A DNA stretch of 64,000 nucleotides from Bacteroidales bacterium UBA4814 (GCA_002402465.1 DHFW01000049.1:294937-358936), one strand, 5' to 3'. Positions 20,402 to 29,307 are shown, numbered from the stretch's first letter. The notes: a model not told the origin generated them from the letters alone. Translations and numbers: made by a program.

Positions 20402-21038
20402 TTTGATGAATTATTAATTATTATTTTTCCAAAAAAATCATTTCATTCAAACAAATTAGGTTTTAAGTTTAAAACAATAAAATTGAATATAAAAAATTTA
20501 TTTTTACCAGATCATTCATCAATTATAAGATTTTTTTCTGGCTGGGCGCAGCGTTTGCATCGGTTTTTCCGTCTATTGGTTATAAGAATATTCAAAGTGT
20601 TTTTGGCAAAAAGTTCTTTACATTTTGAATGGTTTTAAAATACCATTAGACCTGTTTCTACACGGCGGAAATTTCTCCTTTTATATATTTTCCGTTTTCA
20701 GGTTTTGTATGCGTTTCAGGGGCACACGGTAATGGCCGCACCAACTTTTCCCGGGCTTCGGTTCGGGCAAAGAAATTGCAAACAACATTAACCAATCCAA
20801 CTAACCCGCGGCCATTTCCCTGAAACCTTTTCCGCACGGCTTGTTTTCCCTATAATTCATAAGTACTTTTCCGCTAGGGCCAGGTTTTCTTCCTGGTCTG
20901 CCGCGGGATTGTTTTGGGCCGGTGCTGCATGATTTGGCGCAGCCCGGCTTCGGGCAGGGTAGTCAACCCAGTTTGTCCGGGCGTTCTTTGATGTTTTTTA
21001 AAGGATTTTTGCAGGGCTTGTCATTTTCCAGGAATTCT
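20402..21038. other. ORF-free spacer with a TTTTCCG motif cluster and a long-range stem (candidate structured RNA or regulatory region)
   Basis: No ORF of 60 aa or more is listed on either strand. There are four exact TTTTCCG copies (20565, 20688, 20828, 20867) plus TTTTCCC(G) variants. GTTTCAG (20713-19) pairs with CTGAAAC (20820-26), and GGTAATGGCCGC (20728-39) pairs with GCGGCCATTTCC (20808-19). Confidence 0.3.
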
Positions 21039-21046
21039 TATCTTTG
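21039..21046 (+). promoter_or_regulatory. TAnnTTTG -7 box upstream of the ECF sigma factor gene
   Basis: TATCTTTG lies 21 nt upstream of the TTG start at 21067. Confidence 0.35.
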
Positions 21047-21066
21047 TTTTTGACTAAAGAATTCAT

Positions 21067-21618
21067 TTGGTGGATTCCCTGAAAAAAATCATAAAAGGTT
21101 GTCTTAAAAACAATAAGGCCGACCAGTATAAGTTGTACACCCATTTCTCAAAAAAGATGTATGGGGTGTGCCTTCGTTATGCCGGCAGCTACGACGAAGC
21201 CCAGGATATCCTCCAGGAGGGCTTCATAAAGGTTTTTGAGAAACTGCATACCTTCAGGGAGCGGGGCAGCCTCGAGGGATGGATAAAGCGTATCATGATC
21301 CGAACGGCCATTGAGAAATACCGCGAACGTATTTATCACCTTTCGGTGGATGAGCTCCACGAAAACGGAGGTCATGCCGAAGACAACAGCGGACCTGAAA
21401 AAATCGGACTCAGCGAGCTGCTGAACCTGATACAAATGCTGCCCGATCAGTACCGCTTGGTTTTTAACCTTTCGGTGCTCGAAGGGCTGAGTCACAAAGA
21501 GATAGGGGAGATGCTGGGGATTACAGAGTCCACTTCGCGCTCCAACCTGTCGAGAGCACGCTACATTTTGCAGGAATGGATTGCAAGAGAACAAAAGATA
21601 GTTGAAAGAGCCATTTGA
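21067..21618 (+). CDS. RNA polymerase sigma-70 family (ECF-type) sigma factor
   Basis: 183 aa. Region 2 is DEAQDILQEGFIKVFEKL. The region 4 HTH is EGLSHKEIGEMLGITESTSRSNLSRAR. The start is TTG (or GTG at 21070). Confidence 0.85.
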   Translation: MVDSLKKIIKGCLKNNKADQYKLYTHFSKKMYGVCLRYAGSYDEAQDILQEGFIKVFEKLHTFRERGSLEGWIKRIMIRTAIEKYRERIYHLSVDELHENGGHAEDNSGPEKIGLSELLNLIQMLPDQYRLVFNLSVLEGLSHKEIGEMLGITESTSRSNLSRARYILQEWIAREQKIVERAI

Positions 21619-21626
21619 TAGCAAAC

Positions 21627-22949
21627 ATGGTTATTGAGAATAAAAGTTTTGATGAGAAAATTAAGGGTGCCTTCGCTGATTTTGAAGCGAAGCCTCCTGC
21701 TCATGTCTGGTATGGCATATCGCTGGGCATGACTCAGCCCGCCCCCCGTCGGATTGCACCATTGGTTTTCAGGGTTGCTGCCGGGCTTGCCCTCTTGTTG
21801 GTCAGTTCCCTTACCTTCTGGTTCCTGGCCTTTCAGCCGCTGGGCGAAGCACCCGTTATTGCCGACGAAAGCTGGCTGCCTGATGCTGCTACCCCAACCC
21901 TGGCTTTTGCCGAAGAATTGCTCCAACCTTCTGCAGCAGTTGTTTCAACCCCAGTGCCCCATATAGCTTCTGCTCCAACCCGTAAAGTGAATATTCCGGC
22001 GGCAGCCCGTTTTAATACCATGCCACCTTTAATGGCTTCCCTTTCGGGGAAACAACCTTTGCTGCAAGAAGCAGCTCCAGATTTTCAGCAGGAAATGATA
22101 CCCTCCGAACAGTCCGCTCCCTTGCTGGCTATCGAAACCAGGGATGTTGATTTATCGATGATTACCCTGGGCGCACATATCGCACCGCAATACAGTTTTC
22201 GTCATTTGGTTAACTCTTCAGAAATCAGGAATGGGGGTATCCCTTTTGAAGATCTTGAAAGCCCGCTGTTCTCCTTTAATGTCGGTATATCGGCCAGGGC
22301 CATGCTGCGGCCCTGGCTCAGCATCCAGGCGGGCTTGAACTACAGCACCATGGGGCAGTATGTCAATAACATTGTGGCCTTTTCTCATCCGTTTAACCTG
22401 CCCTTGTTTGAACCCGACCGGAGCGCTCGCTTTGGGCATCCCCAAACCATCGTCACCTCGCAGGGAAATATACGTCTGAGTGAGCCAAGCTTATTTTTTG
22501 CTGACGTGGAGTCTTATCGCGTGATTACCAATAAGCAGTATTTTGCCGACGGCGATCCAAAAAACCTGTCGGTGCGCGATTTTGGCATCAGTCAGTATTT
22601 CACTTTCCTGGAGTTGCCCCTTGTGGCACATATTAGGGTTCTTGAGTTGCAGCATGCTGAGTTGCACGTAAAGGCTGGTGGCTCCATGAACTATCTATTG
22701 GGCAACGAAGTTTTCCTGGGCCGTAAAACCATGGCCAGTCCTATTGGCGAAACTTATGGGTTGAGGAAGTTCAATTTTGCTGCCCTTGGTGGCGTGGTGC
22801 TAACGGTTCCGTTTAAAGGCAATCTGAGGCTTACCTTGGAGCCCACCGCCCAAATGTTTTTAATGCCCATGGTACGCGACCCGCTGATGATTGGCCGCGC
22901 CCTTCCCTTCCAGTATTCACTGTTCACAGGAATTACCTACAGTTTCTGA
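21627..22949 (+). CDS. Membrane-anchored protein with a C-terminal OMP-beta-barrel-like domain; putative partner or anti-sigma of the ECF factor
   Basis: It directly follows the sigma gene; the track TTG start at 21615 would overlap the sigma stop by 4 nt. It has a short N-terminal cytoplasmic segment and one TM helix (IAPLVFRVAAGLALLLVSSLTFWFLAF). The C-terminus has alternating hydrophobic beta-strand patterning and ends ...FTGITYSF. Confidence 0.55.
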   Translation: MVIENKSFDEKIKGAFADFEAKPPAHVWYGISLGMTQPAPRRIAPLVFRVAAGLALLLVSSLTFWFLAFQPLGEAPVIADESWLPDAATPTLAFAEELLQPSAAVVSTPVPHIASAPTRKVNIPAAARFNTMPPLMASLSGKQPLLQEAAPDFQQEMIPSEQSAPLLAIETRDVDLSMITLGAHIAPQYSFRHLVNSSEIRNGGIPFEDLESPLFSFNVGISARAMLRPWLSIQAGLNYSTMGQYVNNIVAFSHPFNLPLFEPDRSARFGHPQTIVTSQGNIRLSEPSLFFADVESYRVITNKQYFADGDPKNLSVRDFGISQYFTFLELPLVAHIRVLELQHAELHVKAGGSMNYLLGNEVFLGRKTMASPIGETYGLRKFNFAALGGVVLTVPFKGNLRLTLEPTAQMFLMPMVRDPLMIGRALPFQYSLFTGITYSF

Positions 22950-24157
22950 TTACTGTGCCGGTATCCTGTCCAGTTCACGGCAAGCCCGCCCTGGCTGGTT
23001 TCGCGATAGGATGCTTTCATGTCGAGGCCGGTTTCTTTCATCGTTTTTATCACATCGTCAAACGAGATGCGGTGCTTTCCGTCGGATAGCAGGGCATAGG
23101 TGGCGCATTCCCAGGCCCTGACGGCCGCCATGGCGTTGCGCTCTATGCAAGGTATCTGCACCAGTCCGTTTACAGGGTCGCAGGTGAGGCCCAGGTGGTG
23201 CTCCATACCCATTTCGGCGGCATATTCTACCTGCAGGGGCGAACCGCCCAACAGTTGCACCGCAGCACCCGCTGCCATGGAGCAGGCCGCGCCGATCTCG
23301 CCCTGGCAACCCACTTCTGCGCCCGAAATAGAAGCGTTGGTGCGGATCAGGTTCCCGATCAGGCCGGCGGTGGCCAGCCCTCGTATAATGCGGGTATCAG
23401 AAAGTTTGTAGGTTTTTTGCAGCGAGAAAAGCACTGCTGGCAGCACACCAGCCGAGCCGCAGGTGGGAGCCGTTACGATGCGCCCGCCCGAAGCGTTTTC
23501 TTCGGCCACAGCTAAGGCATAGGCAAAGGTTTGGCCAGTGCGCTTGAGCATGTCGGCAAAAGTTTTGCTGCGGGTATAATACATTGGGGCACGTCGCACC
23601 AGTTTAAGTCCGCCGGGCAGGGTACCTTCATTTTCCAGACCCCGCTCAATGGAAGCTTTCATGACTTCCCAGACTTTTTCAAGATATTCGAAAGTGTCTG
23701 GCAGATCGCAGGCCAACACATATTCCCACATGTTTTTTTCACGGGCCTCGCACCAGTTAAGGATGTCCTGCATGGTGTGCAGCTTATATACATTCTCTTC
23801 CATGGTATTGGCTTCGCCCTCTTCCATCAGGGCCCCGCCCCCAATGCTGTATACCCGCCAGCGCTCCAACCGGGTTTCGCCGGTATAGGCTTCAAACTCC
23901 ATCCCATTAGGGTGCAGCGGGAGCTCCACCTCAGGCTTCCAAATAATCTCCAGGGGTTTGGGTTGAAAAGAGTGGATAAGAATGGTGTCGGTAAGGTGAC
24001 CCACCCCGGTGGCTGCCAGGCTTCCGTAAAGCGTTACCTTGAAATACTCTGCCTGGGGGTGTTTCAGCAGGAAGCGTTCTGCAGCCCTGCGCGGGCCCAT
24101 GGTATGGCTGCTCGAGGGGCCATTACCTATTTTGAATAACTCCTTTATGGTCTTCAT
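22937..24157 (-). CDS. sdaA: L-serine ammonia-lyase (iron-sulfur dependent, single-chain form)
   Basis: The N-terminus has FKIGNGPSSSHTMGP. The alpha-domain region has TAPTCGSAGVLPAV and CQGEIGAAC. Confidence 0.9.
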   Translation of the reverse strand: MKTIKELFKIGNGPSSSHTMGPRRAAERFLLKHPQAEYFKVTLYGSLAATGVGHLTDTILIHSFQPKPLEIIWKPEVELPLHPNGMEFEAYTGETRLERWRVYSIGGGALMEEGEANTMEENVYKLHTMQDILNWCEAREKNMWEYVLACDLPDTFEYLEKVWEVMKASIERGLENEGTLPGGLKLVRRAPMYYTRSKTFADMLKRTGQTFAYALAVAEENASGGRIVTAPTCGSAGVLPAVLFSLQKTYKLSDTRIIRGLATAGLIGNLIRTNASISGAEVGCQGEIGAACSMAAGAAVQLLGGSPLQVEYAAEMGMEHHLGLTCDPVNGLVQIPCIERNAMAAVRAWECATYALLSDGKHRISFDDVIKTMKETGLDMKASYRETSQGGLAVNWTGYRHSNQKL

Positions 24158-24172
24158 AATACGTCCTCAGGA

Positions 24173-24925
24173 TCAGATTTTCCCAATGGGCATCATGTAA
24201 AGCACCCGGAATTCCTCACCCAGGTTTAGAATGGCCTCCACTTCCTCATCGCGGTAAGCACCAATCACCACTGTGCCAAGGTTGAGGGCGGAGACCTGCA
24301 GGTGAATATTTTGTGAAACGTGCCCCACTTCGTTGTGGATATAGCGAATGCCGCGCTCTCCATAGCGGGAAGTGGTTCGATCGAAGATAGCGGTAAAAAT
24401 AATTACCACACCAGCATCGCTGATCATGCTCTGGCTCAGCGAAGCACGGGCTACTTCTCCTTCCAGTTCGCGGGCATCGGTCATTTTAAGGGCATGCTCG
24501 CCAATCTGGTAATGATAAATGCCTTTCCTGAGGCCCTCCACATTGTTTACCATAACAAAAAGCTCGAGCGGGAAGGTTGCCCCGGCCGATGGTGCGGTGC
24601 GAAAACCTCTTTCGTTGTTTATGCCCTGCCCGGCCCACAGCAACTGCGAAAGCTCTTTGATGCTGAGGGGCTGGTTTACATAGCTGCGCACAGAGCGACG
24701 CAGGCTCATGGCTTTTTCGAGGCTCATGCTACCATCGGTTATCGGTTGGGGTAAGGCGATCATGGTTCCGGGGTTTTGTTCGGAAATAGCAGGTAGGTGA
24801 AATTCGCTGGTAGTGGCAGTTGCGTTAATGCTTGCCGGTGTCATAATTTTGAAAACGGCTCTGAGGAATACTGCGGCTATTATAAGGAGGGCAAATGTGG
24901 CAGCAACATAAGCAAATTTTTTCAT
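24173..24925 (-). CDS. SagB/ThcOx-type nitroreductase-family protein with an N-terminal signal anchor
   Basis: RRSVRSY..., LSQLLWAGQGIN, and an FMN-nitroreductase-like C-terminus (VGHVSQNIHLQVSALNLGTVVIGAY). The N-terminus is hydrophobic (MKKFAYVAATFALLIIAAVFL). It lies 15 nt upstream of sdaA on the same strand. The track start at 25018 is over-extended. Confidence 0.65.
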   Translation of the reverse strand: MKKFAYVAATFALLIIAAVFLRAVFKIMTPASINATATTSEFHLPAISEQNPGTMIALPQPITDGSMSLEKAMSLRRSVRSYVNQPLSIKELSQLLWAGQGINNERGFRTAPSAGATFPLELFVMVNNVEGLRKGIYHYQIGEHALKMTDARELEGEVARASLSQSMISDAGVVIIFTAIFDRTTSRYGERGIRYIHNEVGHVSQNIHLQVSALNLGTVVIGAYRDEEVEAILNLGEEFRVLYMMPIGKI

Positions 24926-25038
24926 GTATTCTTGGGTTTCTGCAAATTTACGCCCAAAATGGCAATTTATTATTATGCCATTCTTGTTTAGAATGGGTTT
25001 AAATTTCGGAAAGGACAAAGAAGAATTTCCAAAAAAAT

Positions 25039-25046
25039 TACCTTTG
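25039..25046 (+). promoter_or_regulatory. TAnnTTTG -7 box upstream of the fused flavoprotein gene
   Basis: TACCTTTG lies 97 nt upstream of the ATG at 25143. Confidence 0.3.
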
Positions 25047-25142
25047 CAGCGGAATTCCTTTATTTACAAGGCTTAGCGTAAATTTTTGGATGTTGTAAAT
25101 TCTTATTAATCGGTTTTTTTCGACCATCAACACAGGTTTTAA

Positions 25143-28100
25143 ATGCATAAAATTGCCCAACACCCCATTATTCCCATTAAGGAGACCGAAAAGGTAACTT
25201 TTTCCTACAACGGAAGCCAAATTACCGGCGATAAAGGTTTTACCATTGCTGCCGCGCTTCATCAGGCCGGTTTTCCGGTGCACAGCCATAGCCTTACCAA
25301 CCGCAACCGCAGCCTTGAGTGCGGTATTGGTAAATGCGGTGCCTGCGAAATGCTGGTCGATGGCGAGATCAGGCGCATCTGCATTACTCCGGTGGATGGA
25401 GTGCAGGAGGTGGCCGAGATACCGCGCGATTATGTGGCAAAACCTTCGCGCTATATAAAAACCGATGGGATCAGGGTTTACAAAACCGAAGTGGTTATTG
25501 TGGGCGCTGGCCCGGCCGGCCTGGCCACCCGCGAAATCCTGAACGAAAACGGGGTGAGCAACATTGTGGTTGACAGCAATGGAGAAATTGGGGGGCAGTT
25601 TAATATGCAAACCCACCAATTTTTCTTTTTCGAAAAAGTGAAGAAGTACGGGGGGCTGCGTGGTTTCGAAATTGCCAAAACCCTGGCTGGCGAAAACCAT
25701 GAGGGCATTATGCTCAACTGCACCGTGTGGGATATTTTCGAAGGCAACCGTGTGGCCGTAAAAAACTTCAAAACCCAGGAAATATTTTATATCGATTGCC
25801 AGCATTTTGTGGTGGCAACAGGTGCGGTTCCTTTTCTGCCTACTTTTTATAACGACGATTTGCCGGGGGTTTACACCGCTGCGGTGATGCAGAAAATGAT
25901 GAATACCGAATTGACCTTGCTTGGCCGAAATGTGCTTACGGTAGGTGCCGGAAATATTGGCTATCTTACCAGCTATCAGTTAACCCAGGCCGGGGCAAAG
26001 GTCAAGGCCATCATCGAAGCCCAGGCGCACGAGGGCGGTTTTCCGGTGCAGGCCAACAGAGTGCGCCGTCTGGGCATACCCATCCTGCTTTCGCATATGA
26101 TACTCGAAGCCTTGCCCAATGAAAAGGGTGATGGCATTAGGGGCGCGGTGATTGCCAAAGCTGAGAATTATACTCCCATACCGGGCACGGAAATGGTGCT
26201 GGAGGGTATTGATGCCATAAATATCTGCACAGGTCTTATGCCCGACGATGCCTTGCTCGAAAAAGGGCAGGAGATGTTTGGCCGCAAGTGCTACGGCGCC
26301 GGTGACGCCATTCGAATTGGAGAGGGGACCAGCGCGGTGCTTCGTGGCAAGCAGGTGGCCTACGAGATACTGGAAAACATGAAACGGCGCTTCAACTACG
26401 ACAACTACCTTCTTGTTTCTAAAGAATATATCGACTCTCAGCAGCATCCCATAAGGGTAATTGAAGCCCCGGCGCTGCCCTCCCCGGAGCGCATGAACAA
26501 GCCGTTTGTGCAGATCGACTGCCTGTATGGCTTTGCCTGCAACCCCTGCGCTTTTGCCTGCAAGTATGGCGCCATCACCAAATCGTCGACCAGTACCGTG
26601 CCCCAGATCGATTTCGACAAATGCATAGGCTGCATGGATTGCGTGTACCAGTGCCCGGGGCTGGCTATTTTTGGATACAACCCGGATAAGGGTACCTTTT
26701 TCCTGCCCATCGAATTCGATATGAACGATGGGGAGGAGGTGTACCTTGTTGACAACCATGCTAATATTTTGGGAGAAGGAGTGATTGACCGCATTATGCG
26801 TAAGAAAAACCTGACGCATGTGGCCAGAGTGAAGGCTCCCGGCATGCCCCGCGAGGAGCAGCTGAAGGTGCGTGGGTTTATCATTAAGCGCGAGTATCCG
26901 GATCCGCTCACTTTCGGCACTTATGACGAAGAGCCCGAAGGTGACATCTTCATGTGCCATTGCGACGATGTGCCTTTCAAAGAGGTACTCGAAATGATAG
27001 GCGATCGCAAGTTTGTTTCGGTAGAGGAGGTGAAGCATACCACTCACCTGGGCATGGGTCCCTGCCGGGGAAAGCGCTGTCTGCAGCGCCTCAAGCAGAA
27101 CCTCAGGCCAAAAGGCGTGGAACTGATCGGCGGCTCTACCCCGCGCGCTCCCATGTCGAATCAGATCACCCTTGGCGAGTTGTTTCCCCCTGAGGCAGCC
27201 CAAAGGCTTATTACCAGCGTAAATGGGAAGGCCCGCCGCATAGTGGAGCTGAAGTCGCTGGTGGCAGGCGGAGGTATCGGAGGCAGCGCCCTGTTTCGTT
27301 TCCTGGCTGAGGAAGGTTATGAACCGGTGATGATCAACTCGGGCTTTGGCTCTTCCTGGCGCAACATTGCAGGGGGGCGTCCCGTATTTTCGCTGCCCGA
27401 GCTTACCGATATTGCCCGACACAACCTGGAACTATTTGCCCAGTTGCAGAAACACGGGAACATCGATTTCCGCCTCATAAATTATGTGACTTTTGCCCAC
27501 GACGAAGCCATGTACAAAGCCCTGGAAGATTCCATGGCCTGGCAAAAGGCGGTTATGCTGAAACCCTCCCAGTTCAGAGATGAAATATCGCCCTATTTCA
27601 ATGTCAGCAACAACAAGTACATTGCTGCCATGAAAACCAGCGAGTGCTGGCAAGCCACTCCAGGCAAGGTTATTGAAGTGCTCCGCAAAATAGGGGTGCA
27701 GTTGGGTGGCACCTTAATGGAAGATTGCAAGCTGGTAAACGTAGAAAAAGTAGGCGACCTGTATAAGGCGGTGGTGCGCATTCATACCGGCGAGTATGTG
27801 GAGTATCACACGCCTGTATTTGTGAATGCCCTTGGCGATCAAGGCAATCATTTTGCCAAAATGGTAGGCGTTGAAACCGGCCTGTATCCCGTTAAACACC
27901 AGGCCTTTATTACCCGGCGCCTGCCCATGCTGGGGGTGGAAGGGCGCCCACTCGACATGCTTATCGACCGTCGCAACTATAAAGGCTTTGTGGCCGTTTA
28001 CGGGCAGCAGTTGGGCGAAACAGGGCAGATTATCGGATGTGCCTCGCCTGCCATTGAGCCCTTGGAGACCGACAAGAACCTGAAAGTGAACAACCAGGAC

Positions 28101-28373
28101 TTTGCTGAAATTGTTTCGGAGATCTTTATTGACTGGATTCCCGAAATATCCTCGGTGGGCTTTCAGGCGCTGTGGGCAGGGTATTACATTGAGCCTAAAA
28201 TGATTATCGATGTGGAAAAAGGTTTGTTCCTGGGCTTGCGCGGGCAGGGATTCATGCTGGGGCAATATCTGGCCAAGTTATATGTGGATCAGCTAACTGG
28301 GAAAGAGGTACCATCGTATTTCAACCGCCTCAAACTGGGCGGCGATGCCTTGCTTGAAAGGGCGTTTAAATAA
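25143..28373 (+). CDS. Single-chain multidomain Fe-S flavoprotein (HcnA/HcnB/HcnC-like, opine/sarcosine/proline dehydrogenase-type fusion)
   Basis: 1076 aa. Domain order: Cys cluster ECGIGKCGACEMLVDG; GxGxxG VVIVGAGPAGLA plus a second fold TVGAGNIGYL; ferredoxin-like CNPCAFAC...CIGCMDCVYQCPG; BFD-like CHCDDV...GMGPCRGKRC; and a DAO-type domain starting VAGGGIGGSALFRFLAEEG. Confidence 0.7.
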   Translation: MHKIAQHPIIPIKETEKVTFSYNGSQITGDKGFTIAAALHQAGFPVHSHSLTNRNRSLECGIGKCGACEMLVDGEIRRICITPVDGVQEVAEIPRDYVAKPSRYIKTDGIRVYKTEVVIVGAGPAGLATREILNENGVSNIVVDSNGEIGGQFNMQTHQFFFFEKVKKYGGLRGFEIAKTLAGENHEGIMLNCTVWDIFEGNRVAVKNFKTQEIFYIDCQHFVVATGAVPFLPTFYNDDLPGVYTAAVMQKMMNTELTLLGRNVLTVGAGNIGYLTSYQLTQAGAKVKAIIEAQAHEGGFPVQANRVRRLGIPILLSHMILEALPNEKGDGIRGAVIAKAENYTPIPGTEMVLEGIDAINICTGLMPDDALLEKGQEMFGRKCYGAGDAIRIGEGTSAVLRGKQVAYEILENMKRRFNYDNYLLVSKEYIDSQQHPIRVIEAPALPSPERMNKPFVQIDCLYGFACNPCAFACKYGAITKSSTSTVPQIDFDKCIGCMDCVYQCPGLAIFGYNPDKGTFFLPIEFDMNDGEEVYLVDNHANILGEGVIDRIMRKKNLTHVARVKAPGMPREEQLKVRGFIIKREYPDPLTFGTYDEEPEGDIFMCHCDDVPFKEVLEMIGDRKFVSVEEVKHTTHLGMGPCRGKRCLQRLKQNLRPKGVELIGGSTPRAPMSNQITLGELFPPEAAQRLITSVNGKARRIVELKSLVAGGGIGGSALFRFLAEEGYEPVMINSGFGSSWRNIAGGRPVFSLPELTDIARHNLELFAQLQKHGNIDFRLINYVTFAHDEAMYKALEDSMAWQKAVMLKPSQFRDEISPYFNVSNNKYIAAMKTSECWQATPGKVIEVLRKIGVQLGGTLMEDCKLVNVEKVGDLYKAVVRIHTGEYVEYHTPVFVNALGDQGNHFAKMVGVETGLYPVKHQAFITRRLPMLGVEGRPLDMLIDRRNYKGFVAVYGQQLGETGQIIGCASPAIEPLETDKNLKVNNQDFAEIVSEIFIDWIPEISSVGFQALWAGYYIEPKMIIDVEKGLFLGLRGQGFMLGQYLAKLYVDQLTGKEVPSYFNRLKLGGDALLERAFK

Positions 28374-28479
28374 AAAGCCCTCCGGCAAGTGGCAGGAAAT
28401 TCCTTTTCAGGGAGTTACGGGGTCAGATGCGATTTTAAATAACTTGGGGTTTTTTGTTTTTTATTTCGTGGATTAGTTT

Positions 28480-28487
28480 TATATTTG
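28480..28487 (+). promoter_or_regulatory. TAnnTTTG -7 box upstream of the yceD-like/rpmF/plsX/fabH operon
   Basis: TATATTTG lies 26 nt upstream of the start at 28513. Confidence 0.35.
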
Positions 28488-28512
28488 CAGCCTTTTAAAA
28501 AAAGAAAGCACT

Positions 28513-29052
28513 TTGAATCCTCTGAAGCAGTTTAATATTGGTTTCGTGGGTCTTTCGACCGGGAAACATACTTTCTCTTTCGAGGTAGAAGAAACTTTTT
28601 TTTCCTGCTTCGAATTTTCTGAAGTGCGCAAAGGGGAACTGCAGCTGGAGCTTTTGCTCGACAAGCAAAACAGCATGCTTGTGCTCGATTTTTTGATCAA
28701 AGGGTTTGTTTTGCTGGAATGCGACCGTTGCCTGGAAGCCTACCGGCAGCCTCTTGATGTGGAAAGAAGGTTGTACGTTAAATTTGGCGATGCCTTTGCA
28801 GAGCAAACCGACGAGATTGTCGTGATACCTGCCGGGGAGAGCCACTTTGACGTATCGCAATACGTTTACGAATACATTCACCTGAGCTTGCCCATGCAAC
28901 ATATACACATGGACGACAATGACCCGGGAAAGGGTTGCAACCCTGAGGTGGTCGAAAAGGTTAATATGTACCTCGAAAAGAAAAACCCGGCCGGTGCAGA
29001 TGCCGGCAATTCGCCCTGGCAGGCACTGAAAGGGCTGAAATTTAATGATTGA
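28513..29052 (+). CDS. YceD-family (DUF177) protein
   Basis: 179 aa with a TTG start. It has the CDRCL motif and lies immediately upstream of rpmF-plsX-fabH, a widely conserved arrangement. Confidence 0.75.
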   Translation: MNPLKQFNIGFVGLSTGKHTFSFEVEETFFSCFEFSEVRKGELQLELLLDKQNSMLVLDFLIKGFVLLECDRCLEAYRQPLDVERRLYVKFGDAFAEQTDEIVVIPAGESHFDVSQYVYEYIHLSLPMQHIHMDDNDPGKGCNPEVVEKVNMYLEKKNPAGADAGNSPWQALKGLKFND

Positions 29053-29077
29053 GAAAACACGTTAATTAATACATGCT

Positions 29078-29263
29078 ATGGCACATCCAAAGAGTAAAAT
29101 TTCAAAAACCCGCAGGGACAAAAGAAGGACCCACTACAAGGCTACTGAGCCTGCCTTGACCACCTGCCCCAACTGCGGTTCGACAAAGCTGATGCACAGG
29201 GTTTGCCCCGAATGCGGACATTACCGTGGCCAGCTCGCCATCGAGAAGTCGGCTACCGCTTAA
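29078..29263 (+). CDS. rpmF: 50S ribosomal protein L32
   Basis: MAHPKSKISKTRRDKRRTHYK plus the zinc ribbon CPNCG...CPECG. Confidence 0.95.
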   Translation: MAHPKSKISKTRRDKRRTHYKATEPALTTCPNCGSTKLMHRVCPECGHYRGQLAIEKSATA

Positions 29264-29307
29264 TTTCCTGAACGGTTCAAACGGATTGCTTACCAATTTT
29301 AATTAGA

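Noticed and set aside
24173-25018. The SagB-like dehydrogenase as a marker of a thiazole/oxazole RiPP cluster.
   Set aside because: There is no YcaO/cyclodehydratase, no precursor-like small ORF and no transporter or protease nearby. The flanks are sdaA and a redox flavoprotein.
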